From the NCBI RefSeq assembly GCF_044324785.1, contig NZ_CP172130.1: a DNA stretch of 44,355 nt. The stretch is one strand, 5' to 3'. The position numbers and the translations under genes are program-made. Each line of letters begins with the position of its first letter. The stretch's first letter is position 1. Source of the stretch: Escherichia coli. Its GTDB lineage: Bacteria; Pseudomonadota; Gammaproteobacteria; Enterobacterales; Enterobacteriaceae. Positions 28,647-38,619 of this stretch are shown here, piece by piece. The notes beneath the pieces were generated by a model. That model searched no databases and was not told the DNA's origin. It worked only from the letters and a program-made list of their open reading frames with translations.

Positions 28647-29852
28647 TTAACCCCCTTTCATTTTCAGTTTATAAATACCTGAAAAATCCAGATCCTGACC
28701 GACAATCAGAGTAATAATTTCTCCCTGATTTTTATAAAGCGTTGGCGGGATATTCACACTATTAGAAAATGCTTCGCGTGCTATATCAGCAAAAGCCTGG
28801 CGGCTGTTAGCTGTATAGTCCGTCTGACTGTCCCTGTTATTCTGAGCAATACCACTGGCCGCCTGACTTAAATCCGGTATCATCCCGACCATCATTGCAC
28901 CAAGAAAACGTTCACTGAAATGAGTGTCAATCCAGCCAGAAGCACCGGCTTCGCCTAACGCGCCAGCCGCCTGTGAGTCAACCAGGGGAATATCAATAAA
29001 AGGCTTACTGCGGGTACGTAGCTTATAAGCCATAACAAACACACGCCCTTGTCCATGATTTAAAGACCCGGCCTTATACATCAGTTTTGCGGCGGTTCCT
29101 CTTTCGATAAGTTTTACATTGCCACTGGCGCTGTATATATCACTGTTGACCGTACATTCCAGTTTCCCCGCCAGGTCAGAAACAAAACGCCTGTCCAGTG
29201 AACAGGGAATTGATGTCCCTTCCGGGATAAACAAATTTGGGTCATATGGAAGTTTCGTTATTTTCGCCAGTGGCGCAGATTCTGTAGCCTGTGCGGTTGC
29301 TTTTGCTTCATCCTTTTTATCGCTTTCTGGCTCACTGGCCGCAGTATGTGAAACTGACGTTCCCGCTGAACTGCTGCTGTTTCCTGCCTGGCTGCCATCA
29401 AGAGAAACGTCAAGTGCACGGCTGAAGCTCTGCTGTTTATTTTCCGGCGGTTCAGTCTTTTCAGAAGAAATGACTTTTTCTTCCTCTGGTTTCTCTGTTT
29501 TTTTCTGTGCGGTATTAAAAGGATCGATATCTTCGCTCAGTCCGGTCTGACGTTTAGCCTCTCCGGTTGCAAGCGGCTGACTTGCGGGTTTCTCATCCCC
29601 TGACGACACAGAACGGATAATGGACGGGATATAATAAACAGAAACACCGGCAGCAAGCAGAAGAAAACCCACGACGAGGATAATCATCCCTTTACGTGAT
29701 TTTTTAAGTTTTTCAATACCAAGCTGCAATGCTGGCTTGCCAAGCTCTTCTTCCGGGGTCTTCCCGGCCTGTTCCAGTTCTTTCTGTCTGCGTTCCCGTA
29801 ACTGCTGTTCAATTTCGGTTGCAGTCGGGATTTTATTTTCCTGTTCAGTCAC
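28647..29852 (-). CDS. pilX10: T4SS VirB10 homologue
   Basis: 401 aa; N-terminal transmembrane helix, Pro/Glu-rich linker, conserved C-terminal domain; gene order. Confidence 0.8.
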   Translation of the reverse strand: MTEQENKIPTATEIEQQLRERRQKELEQAGKTPEEELGKPALQLGIEKLKKSRKGMIILVVGFLLLAAGVSVYYIPSIIRSVSSGDEKPASQPLATGEAKRQTGLSEDIDPFNTAQKKTEKPEEEKVISSEKTEPPENKQQSFSRALDVSLDGSQAGNSSSSAGTSVSHTAASEPESDKKDEAKATAQATESAPLAKITKLPYDPNLFIPEGTSIPCSLDRRFVSDLAGKLECTVNSDIYSASGNVKLIERGTAAKLMYKAGSLNHGQGRVFVMAYKLRTRSKPFIDIPLVDSQAAGALGEAGASGWIDTHFSERFLGAMMVGMIPDLSQAASGIAQNNRDSQTDYTANSRQAFADIAREAFSNSVNIPPTLYKNQGEIITLIVGQDLDFSGIYKLKMKGG

Positions 29853-30778
29853 TGGATCACCTCTTTCTTAACATCCGGGGATACCGTATCTCCGGCTGGT
29901 AAACGTACTTTTCCGAAGCCCTGGTTCTCAATCCCCACCACCTGCTCACCAAGACGTAAAACAAAACGCTTATCAACCGGTACGCCAACAGCCGTAAAAC
30001 TTCCGCTCTGTTTAATCACAGGATTGGTAAGAGTCTCCTGCATACCGTTCATCACAAAGACGCTGGGAATTTTCTTTAACGGACTGAAGCCGAACCAGGT
30101 ATAACGACCATCGTCATATGCATAATCAGGGCTGATATCCTGGCTGCCTTCAGCAACCCGCTTCCAGTACTGCCAGTTACGGGGCGATTTCGCATTTTCC
30201 AGGGAACGGTTGATTGCCTGTTCCTCCAGGCGTCTGGCAAGAGTCTCTGTGCGTTTCTTCTCAATTTCGGCCTGTTCTTTCCGGCGTTCCTGCGGATACT
30301 GGTAATTCACCACAAACGCAATTTTCTCCGGCTGTCGGAACGTTCTGGCGTTCAGCTCCATGCTGTAATTACGTTTCGTGGTACGAACAAACAGATTCGT
30401 TCGCCAGCGTTCAAGCTCATTTTCCGGGTCAAGAGCAACACTGACGGATTCAGAAGAGGTATTACCGTTTTCATCCGTATTATTTTTCTGAACAGTCTGT
30501 TTAACAGGACGAACTTCCAGATATACCAGGTTATCTTCTTTATTAACCGCCCATCCCTGCGGAAAACCAGTTCTGGCACTGATAACTGTTTCATCTTCAT
30601 CAAATACCAGTGTGGTGGTGTATCCAACGGCACTGTTAATTATGGTGGTATTATTGGGGTTATAACTGACTATCTGATTGCGTGGGTCAAAGCGACTGCC
30701 TGAAGGAAGAACAGCAGCATTACAGACGTGCGCCGCCATCAGAAGCGCCATAATTAACGCTCCTTTATTCATTTTCAT
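29849..30778 (-). CDS. pilX9: T4SS VirB9 homologue
   Basis: 309 aa with signal peptide; gene order between virB8 and virB10. Confidence 0.8.
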   Translation of the reverse strand: MKMNKGALIMALLMAAHVCNAAVLPSGSRFDPRNQIVSYNPNNTTIINSAVGYTTTLVFDEDETVISARTGFPQGWAVNKEDNLVYLEVRPVKQTVQKNNTDENGNTSSESVSVALDPENELERWRTNLFVRTTKRNYSMELNARTFRQPEKIAFVVNYQYPQERRKEQAEIEKKRTETLARRLEEQAINRSLENAKSPRNWQYWKRVAEGSQDISPDYAYDDGRYTWFGFSPLKKIPSVFVMNGMQETLTNPVIKQSGSFTAVGVPVDKRFVLRLGEQVVGIENQGFGKVRLPAGDTVSPDVKKEVIQ

Positions 30779-30782
30779 ATTA

Positions 30783-31496
30783 TTAACCTCTGGCTTCTTT
30801 ATCGCGAACGTAGCTTGTTACAACGAACTTAAGAGGATTGTTATTACGTTCCCCTGACACCATTTCAACCTGCGGTTCGATACGATAAGTCAGGCGAACA
30901 TTCCAGAACTCCTGGCGGGTTTGTCCGGTAGCAACATCCCTGATGGTCAGACGAAAACGAATATACGCACCGATATCTTTATCATCCGTCCGTGACGAAG
31001 GTGAAATTATGACAGATGGATTATCCTGAACCATTGCCGTTTTTTCTGCTTTGTTATAAACAAGTTTTGGTGCCTGTTCACTGTTAAATAATGCGTTATA
31101 ATCTGCCGCGACATTCTCCGCGCTGCAAGCCATTACATAATCATAATCATGCTGGAGACTGAAAAAATTATAACCTTCACGATGTTTTATATACTGGGTG
31201 ATAAAATATCGGGCAATGGCTTCGTTTTCAGAAAGATTTTCTTTTTTAACAGAAGTCAGACGTTCAGCCACACCTGTAACCTTATCGATAAGGTAGGCAT
31301 CAACAACTGTTGTTTTCAGTGGTAATGCTGCATTTAATGCAAGTAAAGACAGCCCACCAATTAACATGCCTCCGATACCACCGAATTTATAAATACGATT
31401 CATTCTCTCCTGTAGTGCAATGTTTTTTTCTTCAAACGAAACTGATGAGTCAGTAACGTCTTTTTTATTTTTAAATCCGGGAAGTTTAAATTCCAT
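30783..31496 (-). CDS. pilX8: T4SS VirB8 homologue
   Basis: 237 aa; single N-terminal transmembrane helix; gene order. Confidence 0.8.
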   Translation of the reverse strand: MEFKLPGFKNKKDVTDSSVSFEEKNIALQERMNRIYKFGGIGGMLIGGLSLLALNAALPLKTTVVDAYLIDKVTGVAERLTSVKKENLSENEAIARYFITQYIKHREGYNFFSLQHDYDYVMACSAENVAADYNALFNSEQAPKLVYNKAEKTAMVQDNPSVIISPSSRTDDKDIGAYIRFRLTIRDVATGQTRQEFWNVRLTYRIEPQVEMVSGERNNNPLKFVVTSYVRDKEARG

Positions 31497-31614
31497 TTTG
31501 CATTACCTCAGCAGAATTAACAGGTTCGCTTTTCCCGGAAACGGGCGGTAGTTTATGTGACGCCTGACAACCAGCGAGACAAAGCGTCACGAAAGCCACA
31601 ATAAGTAGTTTCAT
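31486..31614 (-). CDS. pilX7: T4SS VirB7-like lipoprotein (42 aa)
   Basis: MKLLIVAFVTLCLAGCQ... lipobox; overlaps the pilX8 start; not in the ORF track because it is under 60 aa. Confidence 0.6.
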   Translation of the reverse strand: MKLLIVAFVTLCLAGCQASHKLPPVSGKSEPVNSAEVMQNGI

Positions 31615-31740
31615 AATATGAACACCTGTATAACAGATTAATATTTACAGAAGACTCAGTCTGAACAAAGAAAATAGATCGCGACAAGCCCGTTAATTAT
31701 GAAAAGAACATTTAAAATGGTATCAACACTCATAATTAAA

Positions 31741-32874
31741 TCACCCTCCATACATTTTCTTTGCCCTCTCAATAGCTGCCTGACGAAGCTTTTTGGCACC
31801 AATATTAACGCCCTGTCCGGCCAGGTTAGCGGTCTTACCCGTTATTCCCGGAGACTGACCAAACCCGCCTTCCTGACGACGCAGACCTTTCCATGCACCA
31901 ATACCGGCATTTCTGCCCATACCAAGTGCGCCACGCGCCATACGGGATGCACCGAAAACGCCAGCACCAATCCCCATAGCGGCTGCGCCCTGCATGGCAC
32001 CTTCAACACCCACACCTGCAATCTGTGAAGCATAACTTTTCGCCTGCCAGATAATCCAGGCCATGAAAATGCCAGCAGCTAATGAAGTTACTCCCGTTTG
32101 AAGAAGATTGTTTTCTGATGCTGTAGCAATAGACGTACTTAATGCCATGTTTAATTGCCATGTCCCAGCTCTTAGTGCTAATGCTGCAAATAGAAAAACC
32201 AGTAACGAGCTAAAATTAAGCTGTAGCCAGCTATTAAACATTTGCCGAAGGAAACCAAACATCAAACACATGATAAATATTGGCGCAGTGACAGAAAGTA
32301 ATAGTAATGTTAATTCAGCAGCTGCAAATACTATAGAACAAAGCAATAATGCCAAAACACCACCAACATAAGTTAATAAAGCACCAATCCCACCGGCAAC
32401 AGGCACAGTAGATGTATCTTTATCAAAAATAAGAGTTGCAACTTGTATAACCTTCACCCATAACTGATCCATCCATACCCACGGATCTCCCCCTGCCAAT
32501 GTATTTTTCAATCCATCAATAGCATCTGTTGCTGATGTAAGTATTCCCCCTGTATTCTTAACAAAAAGCAATATTATGTAAAACCTACAGATATTCCAGA
32601 TAAAATCAGGTACAGGTGTCTGTTGTTTCCTTGCTAATACAGTAAAGGCATACCATAAAACATACAGAGAAACTCCATATTTACCAAGAGTATAAGCCAC
32701 ATCTGAATATTCACTTAATTTTCCAGATATACTCTTATTGAGAATGTTAAATATAACTTCATGAGTTGTCTGAAAAAAATCAGAATCAAACCCAGGAACA
32801 CCTCCCGCATTTGCGGGAGAGGTTACATTACCTGATAAATCAGTACCATCCGGTATACCAGTGACAATCCCCAT
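31741..32874 (-). CDS. pilX6: T4SS VirB6 homologue (polytopic membrane protein)
   Basis: 377 aa, multiple transmembrane segments; gene order. Confidence 0.8.
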   Translation of the reverse strand: MGIVTGIPDGTDLSGNVTSPANAGGVPGFDSDFFQTTHEVIFNILNKSISGKLSEYSDVAYTLGKYGVSLYVLWYAFTVLARKQQTPVPDFIWNICRFYIILLFVKNTGGILTSATDAIDGLKNTLAGGDPWVWMDQLWVKVIQVATLIFDKDTSTVPVAGGIGALLTYVGGVLALLLCSIVFAAAELTLLLLSVTAPIFIMCLMFGFLRQMFNSWLQLNFSSLLVFLFAALALRAGTWQLNMALSTSIATASENNLLQTGVTSLAAGIFMAWIIWQAKSYASQIAGVGVEGAMQGAAAMGIGAGVFGASRMARGALGMGRNAGIGAWKGLRRQEGGFGQSPGITGKTANLAGQGVNIGAKKLRQAAIERAKKMYGG

Positions 32875-32883
32875 ACATCACCC

Positions 32884-33111
32884 TCAATTTATTGGTAAAC
32901 CAACCGCCTTTCTCCGTTCAAAAGACAAATGTGCTCGCTTAACGTTCTTACAATTATCAGAATCGCTACCAGACTTCTGACACTCTTCAAATTTTTTGTA
33001 TGTCTCCTTCGGATGTGCAAGCCACCAATCAACCGATTTTGTTTCTTCAAAACATCCAGAAAGACTAAAAACAGATATAATGACAAGGCCAGCAGTAGCG
33101 ATACTTTTCAT
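32884..33111 (-). CDS. Small lipoprotein between virB5 and virB6, positionally equivalent to the entry-exclusion protein Eex of pKM101-type systems
   Basis: Signal peptide with lipobox LSGC (MKSIATAGLVIISVFSLSGC); 75 aa. Confidence 0.5.
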   Translation of the reverse strand: MKSIATAGLVIISVFSLSGCFEETKSVDWWLAHPKETYKKFEECQKSGSDSDNCKNVKRAHLSFERRKAVGLPIN

Positions 33112-33870
33112 TTAATCATCCTCATATGATTTCATTGCCATATAAGCTTTTCTGTAAGAAGGAGGCACGGCTTCACGTTGCTGTTTTCTGAAAGAAGCCT
33201 GAGCCATCTTCTCTTTATATTCTGCAAGATCTCGCTGCTTATCGCGATACATTTGATACTGAAATTTGAGCTTCTCGAACTTCAGTTGTTCAAGTGCAAC
33301 AGCGTTTGTTGCATCCTGCGTGGCCTTCGTATCCTTCGCATTTTTGACTTGATCAATAAGGTCTTTCATCGTCTGGTTGTCCTGACGAAGCTTGCTCTCC
33401 AGCTTGTTACCGTATTCCACGCTTGCCAGTTGAGAAAGGAACGTCGCTTCACATCCCCGTACCAGGTCGCCGGAATATCCCAGGTTCTGGCAGGTATCCG
33501 TTACTTTGTAATCCGACAATAACGATTTGGCCTGTTCCGATAACGCCCCTTCAGGATTTTTAATGTAATCGTCAATAAAAGCATTCCCCTGATCATAAAT
33601 CTGCATCAGTTCCTGACTCACTGACTGTGCGGACTGCACCAGTCCCTGCACATCACGGATACCCGTTTTTGACAGCAGCTCCTGTTTGTACGCATTTATC
33701 TGATTTTCGTAATGTTTTACCGTTTCCGCCCATTGCTTAAGGCGTTCTGTCCATCGTCCGGCTTCAATCGCCCATTCAGGGTTGGCGTCGATGGCAACAG
33801 GTATCCCTGCCTGAGCGCCGGAAATAACAATCAGTGAAGCGACGAATGCCGCCATAATTTGCTTTTTCAT
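33112..33870 (-). CDS. pilX5: T4SS VirB5 homologue (minor pilus subunit)
   Basis: 252 aa with signal peptide; helical content; gene order. Confidence 0.75.
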   Translation of the reverse strand: MKKQIMAAFVASLIVISGAQAGIPVAIDANPEWAIEAGRWTERLKQWAETVKHYENQINAYKQELLSKTGIRDVQGLVQSAQSVSQELMQIYDQGNAFIDDYIKNPEGALSEQAKSLLSDYKVTDTCQNLGYSGDLVRGCEATFLSQLASVEYGNKLESKLRQDNQTMKDLIDQVKNAKDTKATQDATNAVALEQLKFEKLKFQYQMYRDKQRDLAEYKEKMAQASFRKQQREAVPPSYRKAYMAMKSYEDD

Positions 33871-33880
33871 TGGTGATTCC

Positions 33881-36634
33881 TCAAATCAGGTTCGCCTGTT
33901 CCAGATAGGTATCAAGCCACTCTTCCGGCTTCATTCCTTCTTTCCAGATTTCATCGAACAGTTCTAACTGGGGTTTTGATGCACTGAGAACCGGTAAGTA
34001 ATACGCTGCTTTTCCCAGCTCCAGTCTGGCAAAAGCAGCAAAATCATCACTTTCACCTTTCCTCTGTGGGTTCTTAACAACCAGGAACTGGCGGGACAGC
34101 GGATCAATAGCTTTAATTTTGTCAAAATAAAGCTCCCTGACCTGCAAACCATCAACATATTCACTACGTTTGGCTTTCGGGTTTGCCAGATAGATATGAG
34201 TGGCGCATTGCTCACGAACCGCTGCCGCAATGGGTGATTTAATCAGTTCATCCGGTGACTGTGTGGCTACGACAAGCACCATATCGAGTTTGCGTCCGGT
34301 TTTCAGTTTGTTGTAAACAAAGTCCCTGAACGCTTCGTTATTGATCCATTGCCAGAACTCATCCATGTAGATAAGAAGCCTGCGACCATCGGCCAGCATG
34401 GTGACCCGATAGATGAGATAGAATGAAGCAGCACTGGCCAGCACCTTATTATCCAGGAACTCCGTTCCATCAATACCGAAAACATCCAGGTTATCGACAT
34501 CAAACGTGTCTTCCCGATTGTCGAACACCCAGCCAAACTCTTCCCCCTGCGTCCACGGCTTAAGACGGGCTTTAAGTCCATGACGTTTGGTTTCAGTATC
34601 ATCCGGCTCCTGGATAAGAGGCCGTAGTTTACTGATAGGATAAGAGCGATCTGACCGTTGCATAAGACGTTCAACCGCATCTGAAATCAGGCTGTTCTGG
34701 TAATCATCGAGCGGCTCACTGTTGAGAGTACAAAGCAGCCTCACCAGGTCCTTCATAAAAGCGATATTACGTTTTGTTGGCGGCAGTGCGGCGGGATTCC
34801 AGCCTGTCGGCTCTCCCTCCTTCACCCGGTAATAAGATCCCCCCATAGCCCGTATACCGACTTCACCTGCCCGGTCTTTATCGAAAAAAACCGTGGTCAG
34901 TTTTTTCAGTTTTCTGTTTGCAGGGAATGATTCCGGCGTACCGAACTGCTGGGCGGCAAATGCTTTTGTCATCAGTAATACGGTTTTACCCACGTTAGAC
35001 GTACCGAGAATTTCGGTATGCCCCAGCGTCGGGTTCTTACCGAAGAAATTCTGATGTTCAGTCGTCATATGGTAATTCAGATGGTAGATATCATTACCTG
35101 ACCCCCGAAGAGTAATCAGTTTTTCCCCCCAGGTATTTCCTTTTTCTTTTCCTGAAAAGAAATTATGAAAACTTTCCATTTCAGCAAAATTAAGACTACT
35201 GAGGGTACTCAGACGAGGGCGAAGCGTATAATTTCCTGGAAGCTGAGCAAAATAAGCTGCGCCAAGACTCAGTGTTGAATAAGTGACAATCAGCCCCAAA
35301 TCTTCCAGAGTGGAAGTCACGATATTGGTGTCTTTCACCAGACGCTCCGGTGAATCCGCAAAGACAACCAGGGTCTGATGCGATTTCCCGAAAGAAATAT
35401 ATCCGCTGGAAACCATATCCAGTCCGACTTTCAGATCTGCCAGCAAAGATTTGGCAGCATCATCCGTCATTTCCAGCTTATCGATCTGATCATCCAGCGC
35501 CTTAATCGCTGACTGCTTATCCATCGCAGTAAAGGACGATGTCACGACATACTCAACGGGGAGATACATCAGAGCATCCAGAATACCGGCATCCGTCTCC
35601 TGAAAATAATCCTTAATCTCTATGCAACGAAAATACCGGGCATGGTCTGACGCGGTAATTTGTCCGGCATCATTACCAAAGAACAGGTCTTTTCCTCCCA
35701 GATATGTATAAAACGGACTACTGCTAACCCTGACCTTTTGCCATCGACCAGAAAGCAGATACTGGAACAGAGATAACTGATCTGAATAAACAACCCCATG
35801 ATCTTCATAAAGCCCAAGACGTCGGGAATGAAAACGGGACAGATAGGTGTTCAACCTGTCGCAAATTTCATTCATTTCATTAACAGGCTCTTTAAAGATA
35901 TCTTTTTGTTTTTTACCGCGTGAAAAGAAATGCGTTACTTTATCTTCCGTAGTAAAAGGTTTAAAACAAATCGTCAGAAATAATTTATTCTCGAAAAATT
36001 CAGACTGAGGGAATGACTCGTAATAATCATTCATTACTCTGTTCACAAAAGGAATTTTACTGTTAAATACTGGTCTGACGTCCTTTTTACATCTGATACG
36101 ATGAGGATACAGCGTAACAGATTTCCCTTCAAAGCTACGTATAAGCGTATTGAGCTGATCTGTCAGAATTGACAAATCTTCAGAATCAACACACTCAAAG
36201 TAAGCACCGTCTATCTGCCAGGTTGCCAGCAAATCCCGGTTTTTTGTAACGATAATGTTGTCAGTGATATGTGAAGAGTACGGAATTAACTCTTCAACAG
36301 AAGACTGGTCTTTCAGCTTCATAAAGTTATCCACTTTTGAAATATCAACTTCGTCGTACTGGCTCCCCGCATAATGGACTGCGCTGAATCGCTTGTTTGA
36401 TAAAGGATGCCCTTTGACAAGGGTTCTCAGATACAGAAGGTCAAAAAAGCGTTCATCAAACTGTGTTACACGCCTGATGGCATACCAGCCAGGAAGAATG
36501 AGGGCGTACATAGCCTCATGAATCCAGACACCAAGCAGAACACAAATAATGCACATTCCAAGAAAGGGGTAGAGCGGAACGCCCAGCCCCCTTATTAAAG
36601 CAGGGCGCGTAAGACCTTTAAAAAGAGTACTCAT
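33881..36634 (-). CDS. pilX3-4: T4SS VirB3-VirB4 fusion ATPase
   Basis: 917 aa; N-terminal VirB3-like membrane segment fused to VirB4 ATPase (Walker A GTSNVGKT). Confidence 0.85.
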   Translation of the reverse strand: MSTLFKGLTRPALIRGLGVPLYPFLGMCIICVLLGVWIHEAMYALILPGWYAIRRVTQFDERFFDLLYLRTLVKGHPLSNKRFSAVHYAGSQYDEVDISKVDNFMKLKDQSSVEELIPYSSHITDNIIVTKNRDLLATWQIDGAYFECVDSEDLSILTDQLNTLIRSFEGKSVTLYPHRIRCKKDVRPVFNSKIPFVNRVMNDYYESFPQSEFFENKLFLTICFKPFTTEDKVTHFFSRGKKQKDIFKEPVNEMNEICDRLNTYLSRFHSRRLGLYEDHGVVYSDQLSLFQYLLSGRWQKVRVSSSPFYTYLGGKDLFFGNDAGQITASDHARYFRCIEIKDYFQETDAGILDALMYLPVEYVVTSSFTAMDKQSAIKALDDQIDKLEMTDDAAKSLLADLKVGLDMVSSGYISFGKSHQTLVVFADSPERLVKDTNIVTSTLEDLGLIVTYSTLSLGAAYFAQLPGNYTLRPRLSTLSSLNFAEMESFHNFFSGKEKGNTWGEKLITLRGSGNDIYHLNYHMTTEHQNFFGKNPTLGHTEILGTSNVGKTVLLMTKAFAAQQFGTPESFPANRKLKKLTTVFFDKDRAGEVGIRAMGGSYYRVKEGEPTGWNPAALPPTKRNIAFMKDLVRLLCTLNSEPLDDYQNSLISDAVERLMQRSDRSYPISKLRPLIQEPDDTETKRHGLKARLKPWTQGEEFGWVFDNREDTFDVDNLDVFGIDGTEFLDNKVLASAASFYLIYRVTMLADGRRLLIYMDEFWQWINNEAFRDFVYNKLKTGRKLDMVLVVATQSPDELIKSPIAAAVREQCATHIYLANPKAKRSEYVDGLQVRELYFDKIKAIDPLSRQFLVVKNPQRKGESDDFAAFARLELGKAAYYLPVLSASKPQLELFDEIWKEGMKPEEWLDTYLEQANLI

Positions 36635-36652
36635 AGTGCGCCCATCCTTTAA

Positions 36653-36982
36653 TTACGCAAGCCAGTTAGGAATATATGGTGCAACAATAAAGATGATAAT
36701 TCCGATAACGAGTGGGACTATCCATGCGGTATGTTGACGCGAAAATAATGCAATATATCCAATAACAAGAGCCATAATTGTAATTGCCGGTTTACGAACA
36801 TCCGTTAAAAAATCAATTATTTTCTGTAAAAAACCAGTTGTCTTCGTAGACACATCATCCGCAAAAGCAGGTTCTGCAACACAAAGCATCAACGCAGCCA
36901 TAAATAGAGAAAGCGTTAAATAACGTTTATTCAGATTTAATTTCGACATCTTTTGTTTCCTTTTCATTCGATACAGTGCCAC
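36653..36982 (-). CDS. pilX2: T4SS VirB2-type pilin
   Basis: 109 aa; long signal peptide and two hydrophobic helices typical of VirB2 pilins. Confidence 0.75.
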   Translation of the reverse strand: MALYRMKRKQKMSKLNLNKRYLTLSLFMAALMLCVAEPAFADDVSTKTTGFLQKIIDFLTDVRKPAITIMALVIGYIALFSRQHTAWIVPLVIGIIIFIVAPYIPNWLA

Positions 36983-37610
36983 GTATGGCGTATTGAGGAT
37001 ATATAATGATTTCTTCAGGTGTGATAGTCGTCTTGTTCTCCTTTTTAATCATTTCCTTTACAGAGGGAACAATAAAAATTTTTTTGTTATCAGGAGGGCT
37101 AAATCCTATACGTTGTACATAACTTGTATTATTAAATTCAGGTTCTGGTTTTACTCCTGTTTCTGGATTACCGGAATAATAGCAACTCAACCCGCGCACT
37201 AAGTCGCCACCTCGTTTATAACAGTCAACCAGTATTTTTTCTGATACCTTAAGATTTTCGCATGGATCAAACATTTTCTCTGCTGTCGTACCGAACTTTG
37301 CAAAATTGGTACTCGTTATTTGCATAAGTCCTACAGAGTAACGATGGTTCCGTGATTCAATGTTTTTAACGATACTAAGTGCTGCCTCCTTTGATTCAGG
37401 AAAGTAAGATACTACGCCTTTATCACCAGGTTTGTGTTTAACCTTTGGTATTATTTCCGCAATCGCATATGGGTTAAAACCTGATTCAACCCTGGCGACT
37501 TCGTGCGTTGTGTCAGGATGAACGCTGGCAGCGCATTGCATGGCAAGCGCAAGAAAAGTAGAAGTAGATAACATAAATATTCCACATTCAGAACACCGGG
37601 GCGCTATCAC
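36927..37610 (-). CDS. pilX1: T4SS VirB1-type lytic transglycosylase
   Basis: SLT-domain motifs (ESGFNPYA, GLMQI); signal peptide begins at the internal ATG (MLSTSTFLALA...), so the true start is probably 37571. Confidence 0.8.
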   Translation of the reverse strand: MIAPRCSECGIFMLSTSTFLALAMQCAASVHPDTTHEVARVESGFNPYAIAEIIPKVKHKPGDKGVVSYFPESKEAALSIVKNIESRNHRYSVGLMQITSTNFAKFGTTAEKMFDPCENLKVSEKILVDCYKRGGDLVRGLSCYYSGNPETGVKPEPEFNNTSYVQRIGFSPPDNKKIFIVPSVKEMIKKENKTTITPEEIIIYPQYAIRGTVSNEKETKDVEIKSE

Positions 37611-37819
37611 TCGTCAGGAATATCAGCCCCATGAATAAGCTCTTTCATCGCCTGAGATTTGTATTTTTTAATAAGATACTGAACAAAACCAGAATCAGAG
37701 ATACGCCTCCCCCTCTTGAAACTTATTTCAATTGCAATTTTTTCAACTTCAACACGAACTTCTGTAGGAAGGTAGAGTACATTGCGTTGCGGTTTCCGCT
37801 TTCCTTTTATAGCTGTCAT
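37607..37819 (-). CDS. Small basic protein (70 aa) upstream of pilX1, possible regulator
   Basis: ORF with 4-bp overlap onto pilX1; overlaps the 3' end of the actX frame in another frame, so one of the two boundaries is uncertain. Confidence 0.35.
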   Translation of the reverse strand: MTAIKGKRKPQRNVLYLPTEVRVEVEKIAIEISFKRGRRISDSGFVQYLIKKYKSQAMKELIHGADIPDE

Positions 37820-38303
37820 TTTTTAACCTGTCGTATTTTCTGTTACACACATAGTCGGCAAAGACTTGTCCACGCTTTGAAGCGTCTGCAAGGAGAAGTA
37901 TTTTTGCCAGACAGGAGTTATTCATCAGGCTTAAATTCATCGAAAAAATCTTCTCCTGCTCTTTTACTTCATTTATGACACTTAGAGGAACTTCAGCAGG
38001 ATATTCACCAAAACTGACCAGTCCATAAACATTTTTCATCCGGGTAAAGCAGGATGGATGTACAACCTCAAAATCCAGAAGAACGAATACATAACCGGGA
38101 AACATTGGCATGATTTGTCCCCTGTATGCACTACAGTCACGCCTCTTATAGAAAGTGCGTATAACTGGATTGTAGTAAGCGATACCGCTCCGGGATAACT
38201 GCAACAGAACCGACTGATGAAAATGCGGAGAACACTGAAGCAGGTAAAACTGTTTCTGTCCTTTCATACTCAATCCCCGATATACAGATGTGACAAAACA
38301 CAA
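37749..38303 (-). CDS. actX: NusG/RfaH-like transcription antiterminator (ActX-type activator of the pilX operon)
   Basis: Family assignment is mainly positional (first gene of the pilX operon), with weak sequence resemblance to NusG-like proteins; probable true start at the internal ATG (MKGQKQFYLL...). Confidence 0.6.
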   Translation of the reverse strand: MCFVTSVYRGLSMKGQKQFYLLQCSPHFHQSVLLQLSRSGIAYYNPVIRTFYKRRDCSAYRGQIMPMFPGYVFVLLDFEVVHPSCFTRMKNVYGLVSFGEYPAEVPLSVINEVKEQEKIFSMNLSLMNNSCLAKILLLADASKRGQVFADYVCNRKYDRLKNDSYKRKAETATQCTLPSYRSSC

Positions 38304-38619
38304 GCCAACCGTGGTTGCTTGTGAGAAATCACGCCCCTATGAAGAGAGACTTTTTACTATTGCGCGAAGTTTATACTACAAGTGGCTTATGCTAAGTTCA
38401 ACACATAAAACAGATCTTTCGATCTTGATAAATCAATTTTTCTTTCATTTATTCCATGTAAACAATAAAACATAGAATATTCATCTTTTGCAGATCTATT
38501 TTTTAGATCGATAGATCGAATGATAGCTAAAACGCAGAATTTCGATCTGTTTTTAAGGCGAAAAGATGAGCAAGCGAACTAAAATAAATATTTTTCTCGC
38601 ATAATCAATACATTAAATC

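Noticed and set aside
29119-29550. 143-aa plus-strand ORF inside pilX10 and similar antisense ORFs inside the pilX genes, taxB and topB
   Set aside because: Antisense to long, well-supported T4SS genes; no independent signals.
37607-38303. Treating the 70-aa ORF and actX as cleanly separate genes
   Set aside because: Their frames overlap by about 70 nt; I could not decide the actX stop versus the small-ORF start without homology data, so both are listed with reduced confidence.
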